From Deltaproteobacteria bacterium (GTDB lineage: Bacteria > Myxococcota_A > Polyangia > Fen-1088), in contig JANRKS010000026.1 of assembly GCA_033763315.1 (NCBI GenBank), positions 90,821 through 154,820 on the forward strand: a stretch of 64,000 nt of DNA. The letters are read 5' to 3'. A program made the position numbers and the translations under genes. This document shows, piece after piece, positions 44,648-55,330 of the stretch. The notes beneath the pieces were generated by a model. It worked only from the letters and a program-made list of their open reading frames with translations. It ran no database searches and was not told where the DNA came from. How positions within the stretch are numbered: the first letter of the stretch is position 1; every line of letters starts with the position of its first letter.

Positions 44648-46029
44648 AGGACGAAGTTCGGCGCGTGGCCTGGACCGAGGGGATGCTGATGTGTCCCCAG
44701 CATTTGCAACAACAAGATCTTTACCACCAACGCACGCTCGCCACGTGGGTCGGTGCTCTGTCGCCCTACAACTGGGGCGCCGTCAGCGCGCGCGTCGATC
44801 AAGGCGCGCTTGGGTCCGGCGAATTGCGCGTCACCGCCTTTACAGGTGTGTTGCCCGACGGCACGCCGCTTTCATTCAAACAAGGTGACCGCGAAGCGCC
44901 CGCAGCGCGCCCGATCGAGGGCCACTTTCCCGCGGGCCAGCAAGCGCCGCTTGAAGTTTTCTTAGGCTTACCTGTGGAACGTGAAGGCGTGCCCAGCTTT
45001 GAAGAAGCCGCAGACTCACGCGCTCAGTTTCCGCCGCGCACCCGCTATGCGATCGAGCCACGCATGGTCAAAGACTTGGCCTCTGCGGGACGCCCTGTTG
45101 AGATCTCGTTCGGCACGCCCAACGTGGTGGTCTTGTTCGGCAACGAACCACGCGAAGACTTCAGCACCATCAAGATCGCCGAAGTGATTCGCGATTCACA
45201 AGGCGCGCTCGTGCTGCTCGATACGTATATCCCGCCTTCATTGCGCATCGACGCCGCGCCCTTCATCACCAACAACCTCAGCCAGGTGCTGGGCGTGCTT
45301 TCGGGCAAACAAAAGGCGCTGTCATCACAACGCCGCGAGCGCGACAACTCAAGCGTCGAATTCTCGGGATCGGATGTCACACGCTATTTGCAGCTCAACG
45401 CGGTCAACGGGTTGATTCCGTTGTTCGTGCACATGGGACGCAGCCCCGATCTGCACCCGCACCAGCTCTATTTGCTGTTGATTCAGGTGGCAGGGCAACT
45501 CACCACGTTCTCGGCAGGCACGGATCCCGCGCAGCTGCCGGCGTTTAACTTTACCGACCTGCGCAGCACGTACGAAGAGCTTTTCGCCGTCATCAAATCA
45601 ATGCTGCAATCCACGGTGCGCGAGGCCCACGTGCCGATTCCGCTGCAAATCAAGCACGGCGTGCACTTTGGCCGCTTCGACACCGATGCCGCGGCCAAAT
45701 GCCGTTCTTTCGTGGTGGCCGTCAAGGCCGAAGGCGTGCCCGAGGATCAGGTCGCCGAACGTCTGGCCGGCCTGTCCAAGATCGCTTCATGGAATCAGAT
45801 CCAATCGGTCGTGCGCGCCGCCACGCCGGGCGTGCCGCTGAAACTTACACACCGCCCGCCGCCGGAGGTGCCAATCAAGTCCGGCGTCGTTTACTTCAAC
45901 GTCGACATCGACAGCAGCCACTGGAAACACGTGATGGAAGAAAAAGCCATCGCGATCTACCTGCCCCCACCGTTTGACGCCACGAAGGTCAAGGTGGAAC
46001 TGATGGGCATCCCCGCACGCAAAGAATGA
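44644..46029 (+). CDS. tssK: T6SS baseplate TssK
   Basis: VAWTEGMLMCPQHLQQQD, YIPPSL, HPHQLY, ATPGVPL. Confidence 0.92.
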   Translation: MKDEVRRVAWTEGMLMCPQHLQQQDLYHQRTLATWVGALSPYNWGAVSARVDQGALGSGELRVTAFTGVLPDGTPLSFKQGDREAPAARPIEGHFPAGQQAPLEVFLGLPVEREGVPSFEEAADSRAQFPPRTRYAIEPRMVKDLASAGRPVEISFGTPNVVVLFGNEPREDFSTIKIAEVIRDSQGALVLLDTYIPPSLRIDAAPFITNNLSQVLGVLSGKQKALSSQRRERDNSSVEFSGSDVTRYLQLNAVNGLIPLFVHMGRSPDLHPHQLYLLLIQVAGQLTTFSAGTDPAQLPAFNFTDLRSTYEELFAVIKSMLQSTVREAHVPIPLQIKHGVHFGRFDTDAAAKCRSFVVAVKAEGVPEDQVAERLAGLSKIASWNQIQSVVRAATPGVPLKLTHRPPPEVPIKSGVVYFNVDIDSSHWKHVMEEKAIAIYLPPPFDATKVKVELMGIPARKE

Positions 46030-46050
46030 TCGCCTTGCAGAAACATCGTC

Positions 46051-46710
46051 ATGGATAGGCTTAACGAAATCACCAAGGATTCTTTCGCAGCGATCGAACA
46101 GCTGCGCGGGATCACAGGCGCCGTCGCCCCGGATGCGCTGCAACGAAAAATCATCGGCTACATCGAAAAGCTGCGGACCGACGCCCGTGAGGCTGGCCTC
46201 ACCGAGCGCGACGCCAACGACATCGGTTATGCGCTTGTGGCGCTCATTGATGAAGTGGCCCTCTCGAAGCCAGATCCGCTGCGCGGCTTTTGGCTGTCGC
46301 GCTCGTTGCAGATGCATTTTTTCGGGGAGAACGTGGCGGGCGAAGGCTTCTTCAAACGCCTCGAAACCTTGCGCGGCCAACCCCAGCGCAAAGATGCCTT
46401 GCGCGCTTATTACCTGTGCTTGGTGTTGGGCTTTCAAGGCCAATACGCCATGCGCGGTGGCGACATGGAGCTGATGCGGCTCATCGATTCGGTGCGCGAC
46501 GAACTGGAACGGGTCTATGAATTTCCTGAAACGCTTTCGCCCGACGCCATCGTGGAAGGTGAATCGTCAAGTAAGCGTGGCGACAAGCGCCTCATCCTGT
46601 GGGTCGCGATGGGAGCTCTGTTGGTATCTATGAGTGTTTATATTGGCTTGCGCGTGCTCCTGAGTGGTCAGGTCAAAAGCGCCATCACTGAGGTTGAGAA
46701 GCTGCGCTAG
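46051..46710 (+). CDS. tssL: T6SS TssL/DotU (no OmpA domain)
   Basis: YALVALIDE, LQMHFFGENVAGEGFF, YLCLVLGFQGQY, C-terminal TM. Confidence 0.93.
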   Translation: MDRLNEITKDSFAAIEQLRGITGAVAPDALQRKIIGYIEKLRTDAREAGLTERDANDIGYALVALIDEVALSKPDPLRGFWLSRSLQMHFFGENVAGEGFFKRLETLRGQPQRKDALRAYYLCLVLGFQGQYAMRGGDMELMRLIDSVRDELERVYEFPETLSPDAIVEGESSSKRGDKRLILWVAMGALLVSMSVYIGLRVLLSGQVKSAITEVEKLR

Positions 46711-46734
46711 GGCGCCGCTTCTTGGAAGGAATCG

Positions 46735-49700
46735 ATGCTCAAGTACATCTTTGGCATCCTGTTCATCGCGCTGTCCTGGGCCGCGGTGCTTGTATTTGAC
46801 GAGTTGCCCCTGTGGCCAGCGATCGCGGTCACCGCCACCGTGGTGCTGGTGTTGACCTTGATCGTCCTCATCCGCGCGCTCAAAGACAAGAAGTCGGCGA
46901 ATCAAATCGAAGCCGCGCTCGCCGATGGAGCCAACAAGCATGGCTCCTCCATGCGCCCCGAGATGCAAGCACAGATCGAGGCCATGAAGCTCGAGTTCGA
47001 CAAGGCCGTTCGAACGCTCAAGTCGTCGCGCACCGGCAAAAGCGGTAAGAACGCCTTGGGCGTGCTGCCTTGGTACGTGATCATCGGCCCACCCGGCAGC
47101 GGCAAGAGCACCGTGCTTCGCAACTCGGGCCTGCGCTTTCCGCATCTCTCTTCTAAGAAGGGCGCCGTGCGCGGCGTGGGCGGCACCCGCAACTGCGACT
47201 GGTGGCTTTCGAACGACGCGATCTTGCTCGACACCGCGGGCCGCTGGTCCACCGACGACGAAGACACCGACGAGTGGCTTGCGTTCCTCGACATGCTCAA
47301 GCGCACGCGCAAGCGTCGCGCGATCAACGGCTTGATCGTGGCCGTGAGCGCCGCCGATTTGCTCACGGGCGACGAAGACACGATCGCGGATCTCGCCTCA
47401 CGCCTGCGAGAACGCTGCGACGAAGTGATGGGCCGCCTTGAAGTGGCCGTGCCCGTATACCTCATGGTCACAAAGTGTGACTTGGTGGCAGGCTTCACCG
47501 ATACGTTCGCCAGCTTAAGCGAAAAGGAACGCGGACAAATTTGGGGCTTCACCTTACCGATCGAGATGAACCCTGAAGAACGTTCAGATCTGTTCATCGA
47601 CAAGCTGGATCAACTTCTTGATGTGCTTGAGTGGCACTCGCTGCAGCGGCTGGGCCAAGAGCGCCGGCTTGAAACGCGCGAACAAGTTCACCACTTTCCG
47701 TTTGAATTTGAAGAGCTGTGCCCGAACTTGGTGGCACTCGTCAAAGAGCTTTTCGCTGCCAACGTTTATCAAGAAACCCCAATCCTGCGCGGGCTCTATT
47801 TCACAAGCGGCACACAAGAGGGCCGCCCCGTCGATCGCATCATGAAGCGCATGGCCGATGCGTTCGGCATCGCCCCGCGCGTGAACATTGAGCCCCCCGT
47901 CAAAGCCAAAGCTTACTTCCTGACGGATGTGTTCCGTCGGGTCATGTTCCCCGATCAATCCCTCGCGGGGCTGTCGGCCAAAGCCGTCAAACAACGTCGG
48001 TTGGCCACCCTCGGCATTTCGGCGGCGTGTCTGCTCGTGGCCGCTGGTCTGGCGATGACACCGATTTCCGCTTACAGCCGCAACATCGGCGTCGCGCACA
48101 CCGCGCAGGATTTGGCCACCGGCCTGCACGCCGCACGCGGCCCTGACGGGGACGTCGATCCGCGCAAACTCGAAGCCATCGCCGACGAGGCCGATAAATT
48201 GTGGCAGCTCGAAACCGATGGCCCACCCACCAGCATGCGCTTTGGGTTCTATAGCGGAGGCGAGCTGCGTAAGCCGCTTGCGCGCGCGGCCCGGGATCTG
48301 ACCCTGCTGCCGTTGTTGAACAAAGATCTAGCGCGTCTGAAAACCTTTGCCGCCACCCGCAAAGGCGGCGTGGATGACGCGCGTGAGCGCCTCACGCGGT
48401 ACCTCATCCTTACCTCACCCAAAGCGCCCGAAGAACCACTGACCGACAACGACGAGTGGATCGAAAAGCAACTCAAGCACGCGCGCGAGAGCCTGGTCGA
48501 GGATTGGAAGCAGCGCTGGGCCACAGGGGGCATCGCCGTCTCAGACCGGGCCGCCAAAACGATGTCCGAAGTCATCGACCTTTACGGCCGCGTGGCGCAA
48601 GATCTCTCCGCAAGCGACGCCAAGGATCTATGGATCGAGCGCGACGTGGAAACCGTTGAACGCGCGCGCGCCACGCTGCGCGCGCTCGCCGAACAAGATC
48701 CCCTGGCGCTCGTGCTGGCGGATCCCGCCCTCGATGGCACCGACATTTCCTTGGGCCGCATTTTGGGCGGCGCCATCATGTTGTTCCGTGAAGACGCCAA
48801 ACAATCAGGTGCGTTTACCAAAGCTGGGTACGACGTTGTTCGCGCCCGCATCAGCGCGCTCGAAAAGGGCGAGCCCACAGTGGGTGGCAGCGAAGACGTG
48901 TGGGTGATGGGCCCGCGCAAAACCCTCACACCCGAAGAAGTTGATTCGCTCAAGGGGCGCTACTTCGCTGAATACGAGAAAGCGTGGCGCGGTCTGTTGG
49001 CGCAAGTCTACCCACGCAGCCCTACGGATCTCGCAGACGCGCAGGCCCTTTTGCGCCGCCACCAAGATGAACGCCCTCTCGACACGATTTGGAAAAGCTT
49101 GGCGGCCAACCTGGAACTCAAATCGAAAGCCGACGCGCTTGTGGAAAAGGCCGCCGGTGGCCTGGGCGACAAGATCCTCAGCAAGCTTGGCTCAAAAAAA
49201 GACGCCGCCAAAGCGGCTTTGGCACAGCCCAAAACAATCAGCGGCCCCGAGGCGCTCAAGGCCCGTTTTGATTCACTTTTGCCGTTCGGCGTGTCGCAAC
49301 AAGAAGGCGCCGAAACGCCGCTGTCTGGGTACTACAAGAGCATCGGCATCTTGTTTCAATCGCTCACGGCTTATTCAGAGACGCAAGACATGGGCGCGCT
49401 CCGCAAGGACGTGGTGCAGGTAAAGAAGGACACCAACGAACTCATCATGCGTTTTGGCCGCGGTGGCTGGGAGCCCGTGTTGAGCAAAATGTTGATGCCG
49501 CTTATCAGCGGCGTTGAAGAGCTTGTCACAGGTGCCGGTGCGGAAGCCGCAAACCGATCGTGGTGTGACGCCGTCGTCACGCCCTTCAAAGAGTTGATCG
49601 CTGACCGCTATCCTTTCCGGCTCGACGGCATGGACGCGTCGCTATCGGAGGTGGAGAACTTCTTCAAGCCTAAAGCCGGTACGTTGTGGGTCTATTACGA

Positions 49701-50262
49701 AGAAAACCTGAAAAACGACATTGAGATGGTGGGCAAACGCTACCGCCTCAAATCCAAGCCCGCGATCAACTACCGCAGTGAACTTGTTGGCTTTCTGGCC
49801 AAGGCTTCTCACTTGTCCGAACTTCTGTTCCCCAACGGCTCAGACAAAATCGCGCCGTCGTTGCAGGTGCGCTTGCAATCGGCCAGCGGCGAAGCCGGCA
49901 CGTCGTCACGCGTGACGCTCAAGGTGGGCACCGGCAAACCGCTCGACTATGGCAACTGGCAACCCGCTTGGGAACCACTGGCTTGGCCGGGCCGCGATGC
50001 CAAGATCGGCGTCTTTGGAGAAGTGAAAGGTTTGCCCAAAGACATCTCCGAGCAGGGCGACTGGGCACTGTTCCGCCTCCTGGATCGAGCGCTGCGTTCA
50101 CTCGGCCGGGATCAAGACGAGTTCATGCGCGCGCAATGGGCGCTGGGCACACCAAAGCTGACCGCAAAGATCGATCTGAAGCCGTCGGACTTGCTCGACG
50201 CCCTTCACAACTTCGAGGTCCCCCGCGCCATCGCCCCTGGCGGGAGCCCGTGCGCCCGATGA
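46735..50262 (+). CDS. tssM: T6SS membrane subunit TssM/IcmF
   Basis: LPWYVIIGPPGSGKST, CDWW..LDTAGRW, TKCDL..GF, LRGLYFTSGTQEG, GDWALFRL. Confidence 0.95.
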   Translation: MLKYIFGILFIALSWAAVLVFDELPLWPAIAVTATVVLVLTLIVLIRALKDKKSANQIEAALADGANKHGSSMRPEMQAQIEAMKLEFDKAVRTLKSSRTGKSGKNALGVLPWYVIIGPPGSGKSTVLRNSGLRFPHLSSKKGAVRGVGGTRNCDWWLSNDAILLDTAGRWSTDDEDTDEWLAFLDMLKRTRKRRAINGLIVAVSAADLLTGDEDTIADLASRLRERCDEVMGRLEVAVPVYLMVTKCDLVAGFTDTFASLSEKERGQIWGFTLPIEMNPEERSDLFIDKLDQLLDVLEWHSLQRLGQERRLETREQVHHFPFEFEELCPNLVALVKELFAANVYQETPILRGLYFTSGTQEGRPVDRIMKRMADAFGIAPRVNIEPPVKAKAYFLTDVFRRVMFPDQSLAGLSAKAVKQRRLATLGISAACLLVAAGLAMTPISAYSRNIGVAHTAQDLATGLHAARGPDGDVDPRKLEAIADEADKLWQLETDGPPTSMRFGFYSGGELRKPLARAARDLTLLPLLNKDLARLKTFAATRKGGVDDARERLTRYLILTSPKAPEEPLTDNDEWIEKQLKHARESLVEDWKQRWATGGIAVSDRAAKTMSEVIDLYGRVAQDLSASDAKDLWIERDVETVERARATLRALAEQDPLALVLADPALDGTDISLGRILGGAIMLFREDAKQSGAFTKAGYDVVRARISALEKGEPTVGGSEDVWVMGPRKTLTPEEVDSLKGRYFAEYEKAWRGLLAQVYPRSPTDLADAQALLRRHQDERPLDTIWKSLAANLELKSKADALVEKAAGGLGDKILSKLGSKKDAAKAALAQPKTISGPEALKARFDSLLPFGVSQQEGAETPLSGYYKSIGILFQSLTAYSETQDMGALRKDVVQVKKDTNELIMRFGRGGWEPVLSKMLMPLISGVEELVTGAGAEAANRSWCDAVVTPFKELIADRYPFRLDGMDASLSEVENFFKPKAGTLWVYYEENLKNDIEMVGKRYRLKSKPAINYRSELVGFLAKASHLSELLFPNGSDKIAPSLQVRLQSASGEAGTSSRVTLKVGTGKPLDYGNWQPAWEPLAWPGRDAKIGVFGEVKGLPKDISEQGDWALFRLLDRALRSLGRDQDEFMRAQWALGTPKLTAKIDLKPSDLLDALHNFEVPRAIAPGGSPCAR

Positions 50263-51245
50263 GCCTGCGCAGCTTGCTGGGCCTCGGCAATAAGGTCCCC
50301 AGCCCCACACCAACCGCGCCCATGCCGCGTCTGGCACCGCCCTCCACGGGAGTGGGCCTCTACGGCAAGTTGCCCGTCCAGGCGGATTTTGTTCGCCTCA
50401 ACGCCGGCGGATTTGCGGCAGGCGCGTTCGACCAGTGGCTCGAAGATGGCGTGGGCGCCGTGGCGGCCGCGCGGGGCACACCCAACAAAAACCTCATCAC
50501 ATTCTTCGTGCACGCCCCCATGCTGCCCAACGCCTGCGTGGGCATCATTGGCCCCAGCCAAGATAAGGTTGGGCGCACCTTCCCCGCCGCCTTGTTCGCT
50601 TACGTGGACGCCGGCATGGCCGGGGCCGCAGCGTTTGCTGCCGACGCCTTCGGCGCCTTCCTGTTCGAGGCTCAAGCCCACGTGGCAGGCCTTCCCACGG
50701 CCACCGCCACTCCTGACATCACTGCGTTCAGCGTGCCCCCGCCCGCGGCGCAAATGCAATCAGCCGAAGACGCAGCTCGCAGCCTGGCCGACTCTAATTT
50801 GCGCGAAGCCCTCACGGTTGTGTTCGGCAACGCTGAGCCCGAAGGCATCGAACATGCCCTGGCCACCTGCCTCAGCGCCTGCGCCTCCGCCAAGGGCCGC
50901 TATCCGGATAAGGCGCTCGTCACCATGGATCTGCCGGCGGACGACGACCGCGCCCGCGACTTCTGGTTGGCGTTGGTCAACACGGCGTTAGCCTGGCCTA
51001 CGGGCGCACCATCGTGGCTGTGGGATTCCGAGGGTGATCGTTTGATCGTTGGGCTTGGCCCGCCCACCCCTGCGCTGTTCGTCGCATTGTCGCTTCCGCA
51101 ATGGGGCAGTGGTCGCCATTGGCGTGTCCAGGCCCAGCGGCCAGACGAAGCCCAGCCTCGTATGAACCTTCCCGAGGCCGCCCGGAGTTGCTTGACCGAT
51201 CCAGCCGCGACGGTGGGGGCGTTCCTCGACGCCTTATCCGCCTAA
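50259..51245 (+). CDS. tagF: T6SS regulator TagF
   Basis: GLYGKLPVQADFV, DQWL, PSQDKVGRTFP; ATGA overlap with tssM. Confidence 0.88.
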   Translation: MSLRSLLGLGNKVPSPTPTAPMPRLAPPSTGVGLYGKLPVQADFVRLNAGGFAAGAFDQWLEDGVGAVAAARGTPNKNLITFFVHAPMLPNACVGIIGPSQDKVGRTFPAALFAYVDAGMAGAAAFAADAFGAFLFEAQAHVAGLPTATATPDITAFSVPPPAAQMQSAEDAARSLADSNLREALTVVFGNAEPEGIEHALATCLSACASAKGRYPDKALVTMDLPADDDRARDFWLALVNTALAWPTGAPSWLWDSEGDRLIVGLGPPTPALFVALSLPQWGSGRHWRVQAQRPDEAQPRMNLPEAARSCLTDPAATVGAFLDALSA

Positions 51246-51439
51246 GCGTCTGCTGGCGCACCGCGCTTTCCTGCCGCCTTGACAGGCTTGTCACAATGCG
51301 GCCTAATTCGCCAGCCCCAGGTTCGCAGACCACTCGGCAGAAAAACCGAGCGCCGTTCGCGAGATTTTCACTTGCGGCACGACATTTAACTTTCGCGCGC
51401 CCGAATCCGGGTGTCTGATACGCCACGAGTTACCCCACT

Positions 51440-52501
51440 GTGCCAACGATCGACGTAGAAGCTCTACTTTCCGAGATTTCCCCAGGGGATCCCTGCGGCC
51501 CCGATTTGGAATATGACGCGGAAATGCGCGAGCTGGAACAGGCCTCGCAGGGCAAACCCGAGCAGCAAATTGGGGAAACCATCGTTGCCGCGCAGGAGCC
51601 CGATTGGCGCGACGTTCGCCGCCGCGCGATCGCCCTGTTCGCCCGCAGCAAAGACTTACGCATCGCCAACACGCTCGCGCGCGCGTTGCTGCACACGGAT
51701 GGCTTCGTAGGCCTTGCCGATGGCCTCGGTGTCATGCGCGGCCTCATCGAACGTTATTGGGAAACGCTGCACCCGCGGCTCGATCCCGACGACAACAACG
51801 ACCCCACGATGCGCATCAACATCGTGATGGGTCTATGCGATCAAAGCGCCACGCTGGTTTACGTGCGCAACACCCCCTTCGTGAGCGCAGCCAACCTCGG
51901 CCGATTTAGCCTTCGAGAACTTGCCTTTGCCGCCGGCGAATCCACGCCCCCCGAAGGTGAAACTGCGCCCAGCTTGGCAACCATTGAGGGCGCGTTCTTA
52001 GAAGCGCCACTCGAATCAATCACCGCCACCGCGACGGCACTCGACGAAGGTCTCGCGCATTTGCGCGAGCTCGAATCAAAGCTCACCGACTATGTCGGCT
52101 CAGCCAACGCCCCGAACCTAGATCCCCTGCGGCGCCTTGTTTATCAAGCCGCCAAGTTTGTTAAAGAAAAGCTTGGGGCGCGCACGGCCGCTGCCGAAAG
52201 CGAAGCGCCCGTCGACTCGAATAACGACGGCGCCGCCGCTGGCGCCTCGGCCGGTGCCACCACGACGTCAGGCCGAACACTGTCTGGCGACATTCGTTCG
52301 CGCGAAGATGTCGTTCGCGCGCTCGACAAGATCATTGAATACTACGGCCGCTTTGAACCTTCGAGCCCGGTGCCCATCCTCGTCAAACGTTGCAAGCGTT
52401 TGGTCACCGCCAGCTTCGAAGACATCGTCCGTAATTTGATTCCCGACGCCGTCAACCAACTTGAAGTGTTCAAGGGTCCGGCAGACGAAACAGGGTCTTA
52501 A
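51440..52501 (+). CDS. tssA: T6SS TssA (ImpA_N, short TssA1 type)
   Basis: PCGPDLEYD, SKDLR, YWETLHP, IRSREDV..YYGRFEPSSPVP. Confidence 0.93.
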   Translation: MPTIDVEALLSEISPGDPCGPDLEYDAEMRELEQASQGKPEQQIGETIVAAQEPDWRDVRRRAIALFARSKDLRIANTLARALLHTDGFVGLADGLGVMRGLIERYWETLHPRLDPDDNNDPTMRINIVMGLCDQSATLVYVRNTPFVSAANLGRFSLRELAFAAGESTPPEGETAPSLATIEGAFLEAPLESITATATALDEGLAHLRELESKLTDYVGSANAPNLDPLRRLVYQAAKFVKEKLGARTAAAESEAPVDSNNDGAAAGASAGATTTSGRTLSGDIRSREDVVRALDKIIEYYGRFEPSSPVPILVKRCKRLVTASFEDIVRNLIPDAVNQLEVFKGPADETGS

Positions 52502-52578
52502 GATTCTCGGAACATCACCCGGAACAAAGTCGGTGGGTGCAACGAGCCGAGTGAGGTTTGAGTGAACAGGAGGTCGAA

Positions 52579-53070
52579 ATGAGCAGCCAAAAATTCATCG
52601 CCCGTAACCGGGCCCCCCGCGTGCAGATTGAATACGATGTCGAGCTTTACGGCGCCCAAAAGAAGGTGCAGTTGCCCTTCGTCATGGGCGTTATGGCCGA
52701 CCTTTCCGGCAAGCCCGCCGAACCCTTGGCGCCTGTCGCCGATCGCAAGTTCTTGGAGATCTCGTCTGACAACTTTGACGATCGTCTCAAAGCGATGAAG
52801 CCGCGGGTGGCGTTCCAGGTGCCCAACACCTTGACCGGCGAAGGCAACCTCAGCGTCGACATCACCTTCGAAAGCCTCGAAGACTTCAGCCCCGCCGCCG
52901 TGGCGAGCAAAGTCGATGCGCTCAACAAGCTGCTGCAAGCACGCAGCCAGCTCAAAAACCTCATCACATATATGGATGGCAAAACAGGGGCCGAAGAGCT
53001 CATGTCAAAGGTCCTTTCGGATCCAGCCCTCCTGCAGTCACTCGCTTCTGCACCGAAGCCCACCGAATAA
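52579..53070 (+). CDS. tssB: T6SS sheath small subunit TssB
   Basis: SSQKFIARNRAPRVQIEYDVE..LPFVMGVMADLSG; AGGAGG RBS. Confidence 0.97.
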   Translation: MSSQKFIARNRAPRVQIEYDVELYGAQKKVQLPFVMGVMADLSGKPAEPLAPVADRKFLEISSDNFDDRLKAMKPRVAFQVPNTLTGEGNLSVDITFESLEDFSPAAVASKVDALNKLLQARSQLKNLITYMDGKTGAEELMSKVLSDPALLQSLASAPKPTE

Positions 53071-53083
53071 CGGAGAACTCGCC

Positions 53084-54577
53084 ATGGCTGAAGCACAAGA
53101 ACAAGGTCAGGCCGCCGCCGGCGCCACACTTGAAACCAGTGATTTTTCGTCGCTCTTAAGCAAAGAGTTCCGGCCTAAATCAGATCGCGCCAAAGAAGAA
53201 GTTGAGAACGCCGTGCGCACCTTGGCTGAACAAGCCTTGGCCAGCACCCAGCTGATCTCAAGCGACGTTGTGGCCAGCATTCAGGCGATGATCGCGGCCA
53301 TTGATCGCAAGCTCACCGAGCAGGTGAACTTGATCATGCACAGCGAAGATTTCCAAAAATTGGAAAGCGCTTGGCGCGGCCTGCACCACCTCGTCAGCAA
53401 CACCGAGACGGACGAGACGCTCAAGATTCGCGTGATGAACATCTCGAAGAACGAGCTCGGCAAGACGCTGAAGAAGTTCAAGGGTTCAAGCTGGGATCAA
53501 AGCCCCATCTTCAAGAAGGTTTACGAAGAAGAGTACGGCCAATTCGGTGGCCAGCCCTTCGGCTGCTTGGTGGGCGATTACTACTTTGACCACAGCCCAC
53601 CCGACGTGGAATTGCTGGGCGAAATGGCCAAGATCTCGGCCGCCACGCACGCGCCATTTCTGTCAGCCACGGATCCCCGCGTGCTGCAAATGGACAGCTG
53701 GTCCGAGCTTGCCAACCCACGTGATCTCACGAAGATCTTTGATGTGCCCGAGTACGCCGCTTGGCGCTCACTTCGTGAATCAGAAGACAGCAAGTACATC
53801 GGCCTGTGCATGCCACGCTTCTTGGGCCGCCAGCCGTACGGCGCCCGCTCCGCGCCCGTGGAAGCCTTCGACTTCGAAGAAGACACGTCGGGCGCAGACA
53901 CCAAGAAATACTGCTGGGTCAACGCGGCCTACGCCATGGCCACCAACATCAACCGCTCGTTCAAGATGTACGGCTGGTGCTCGCGCATCCGCGGCATCGA
54001 GTCAGGCGGCGCGGTGGAAAACCTGCCAACGCACACCTTCCCCACGGACGACGGTGGCCAGGACATGAAATGTCCCACGGAGATCGCCATCAGCGATCGC
54101 CGCGAAGCGGAATTGGCGAAGAACGGCTTCATGCCGCTCATCCACAAGAAGAACTCCGACTTTGCCGCCTTCATCGGCGCCCAGTCGTTGCACAAGCCCG
54201 CTGTCTATGACGATCCCGACGCCACGTCGAACGCCAACTTGGCCGCTCGCCTGCCGTACCTGTTCGCCACCTGCCGCTTCGCCCACTACTTGAAGTGCAT
54301 CGCCCGTGACAAGGTGGGTTCGTTCAAGGAGAAGGACGAAATGGGCCGCTGGTTGCAGAACTGGGTCATGCAGTATGTGGACGGCGATCCCGCCCACTCC
54401 AGCGAAACAACCAAGGCCATGAAGCCTCTCGCCGCCGCCGAAGTGGTGGTGGAAGAAGTCGAAGGTAACCCTGGCTACTACACCTCGAAGTTCTTCCTGC
54501 GGCCGCACTACCAGCTTGAGGGCCTCACGGTGTCCTTGCGCTTGGTCTCAAAGCTGCCGTCTGCCAAGGGCGGCTGA
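53084..54577 (+). CDS. tssC: T6SS sheath large subunit TssC
   Basis: FQKLESAWRGL, YEEEYGQFGG, CPTEIAISDRRE, LRPHYQLEGL. Confidence 0.97.
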   Translation: MAEAQEQGQAAAGATLETSDFSSLLSKEFRPKSDRAKEEVENAVRTLAEQALASTQLISSDVVASIQAMIAAIDRKLTEQVNLIMHSEDFQKLESAWRGLHHLVSNTETDETLKIRVMNISKNELGKTLKKFKGSSWDQSPIFKKVYEEEYGQFGGQPFGCLVGDYYFDHSPPDVELLGEMAKISAATHAPFLSATDPRVLQMDSWSELANPRDLTKIFDVPEYAAWRSLRESEDSKYIGLCMPRFLGRQPYGARSAPVEAFDFEEDTSGADTKKYCWVNAAYAMATNINRSFKMYGWCSRIRGIESGGAVENLPTHTFPTDDGGQDMKCPTEIAISDRREAELAKNGFMPLIHKKNSDFAAFIGAQSLHKPAVYDDPDATSNANLAARLPYLFATCRFAHYLKCIARDKVGSFKEKDEMGRWLQNWVMQYVDGDPAHSSETTKAMKPLAAAEVVVEEVEGNPGYYTSKFFLRPHYQLEGLTVSLRLVSKLPSAKGG

Positions 54578-54594
54578 GCCGAAAGACCGTCAGC

Positions 54595-54628
54595 GGGCGC
54601 CGCAACCCCAGCAGCGGCGCCCCTTTTT
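54595..54628 (+). terminator. Intrinsic terminator between tssC and hcp
   Basis: GGGCGCCGC-10nt-GCGGCGCCC then CTTTTT. Confidence 0.7.
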
Positions 54629-54722
54629 CATCTTTTGAACTTTTTTTAGCAACTTCGTCAGTGCCTGGTCCGATAACCAGAATCGACAACTCACTGACCC
54701 CACGCGAACAAGGAGAAGCACC

Positions 54723-55205
54723 ATGGCCGTCGATATGTTTATTAAAATTGGCGATATTAAAGGCGAGTCACACGATAAGGGTCACAAAGACTCCATCGAT
54801 ATCCTGGCCTGGAGCTGGGGCATGTCCCAATCGGGCAGCACCCACGTCGGCGGCGGCGGTGGCTCGGGCAAAGTGAATGTCCAGGACATTTCCTTCACCA
54901 AGTATGTCGATTCTGCATCGCCGAACCTGATTCGCGCTTGCTGCAAGGGCACGCACATTCCAAAGGCCTTGCTCACGGTTCGCAAAGCCGGCGGCACGCA
55001 GCTCGAGTACATCAAGATTTCGTTGACGGATCTCATCGTCACGTCCGTCTCCACGGGCGGCAGCGGCGGCGAAGATCGCTTGACGGAGAACGTCACGCTG
55101 AACTTCGCGCAGTTCAAGTTCGAGTACACCCCACAAAACGAGAAGGGTGCCGGCGCTGGCGCCATTCCCGTGGGCTACGACATCGCAAAGAACTGCGAAG
55201 TATAG
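54723..55205 (+). CDS. hcp: T6SS tube protein Hcp
   Basis: MAVDMFIKIGDIKGES, WSWGMSQSG, TKYVDSASPNL, ENVTLNF. Confidence 0.97.
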   Translation: MAVDMFIKIGDIKGESHDKGHKDSIDILAWSWGMSQSGSTHVGGGGGSGKVNVQDISFTKYVDSASPNLIRACCKGTHIPKALLTVRKAGGTQLEYIKISLTDLIVTSVSTGGSGGEDRLTENVTLNFAQFKFEYTPQNEKGAGAGAIPVGYDIAKNCEV

Positions 55206-55330
55206 TCAGCGGCCCTCTGCGAAGGGGGAGAGCACCGCCGTCGCTTGGTGTTTCGCGGCGGCGTCAGAGAAGACCGAAGGCGGCACGATCCGGCTTCGGT
55301 CTTCATACGTTTATTCACAAAGGTTTTTTC

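Noticed and set aside
54938-55330. N-terminal extension of TagJ or an hcp-tagJ frameshift fusion
   Set aside because: TagJ similarity starts at ATG 55331; the upstream open frame overlaps hcp and hairpins and has no slippery site
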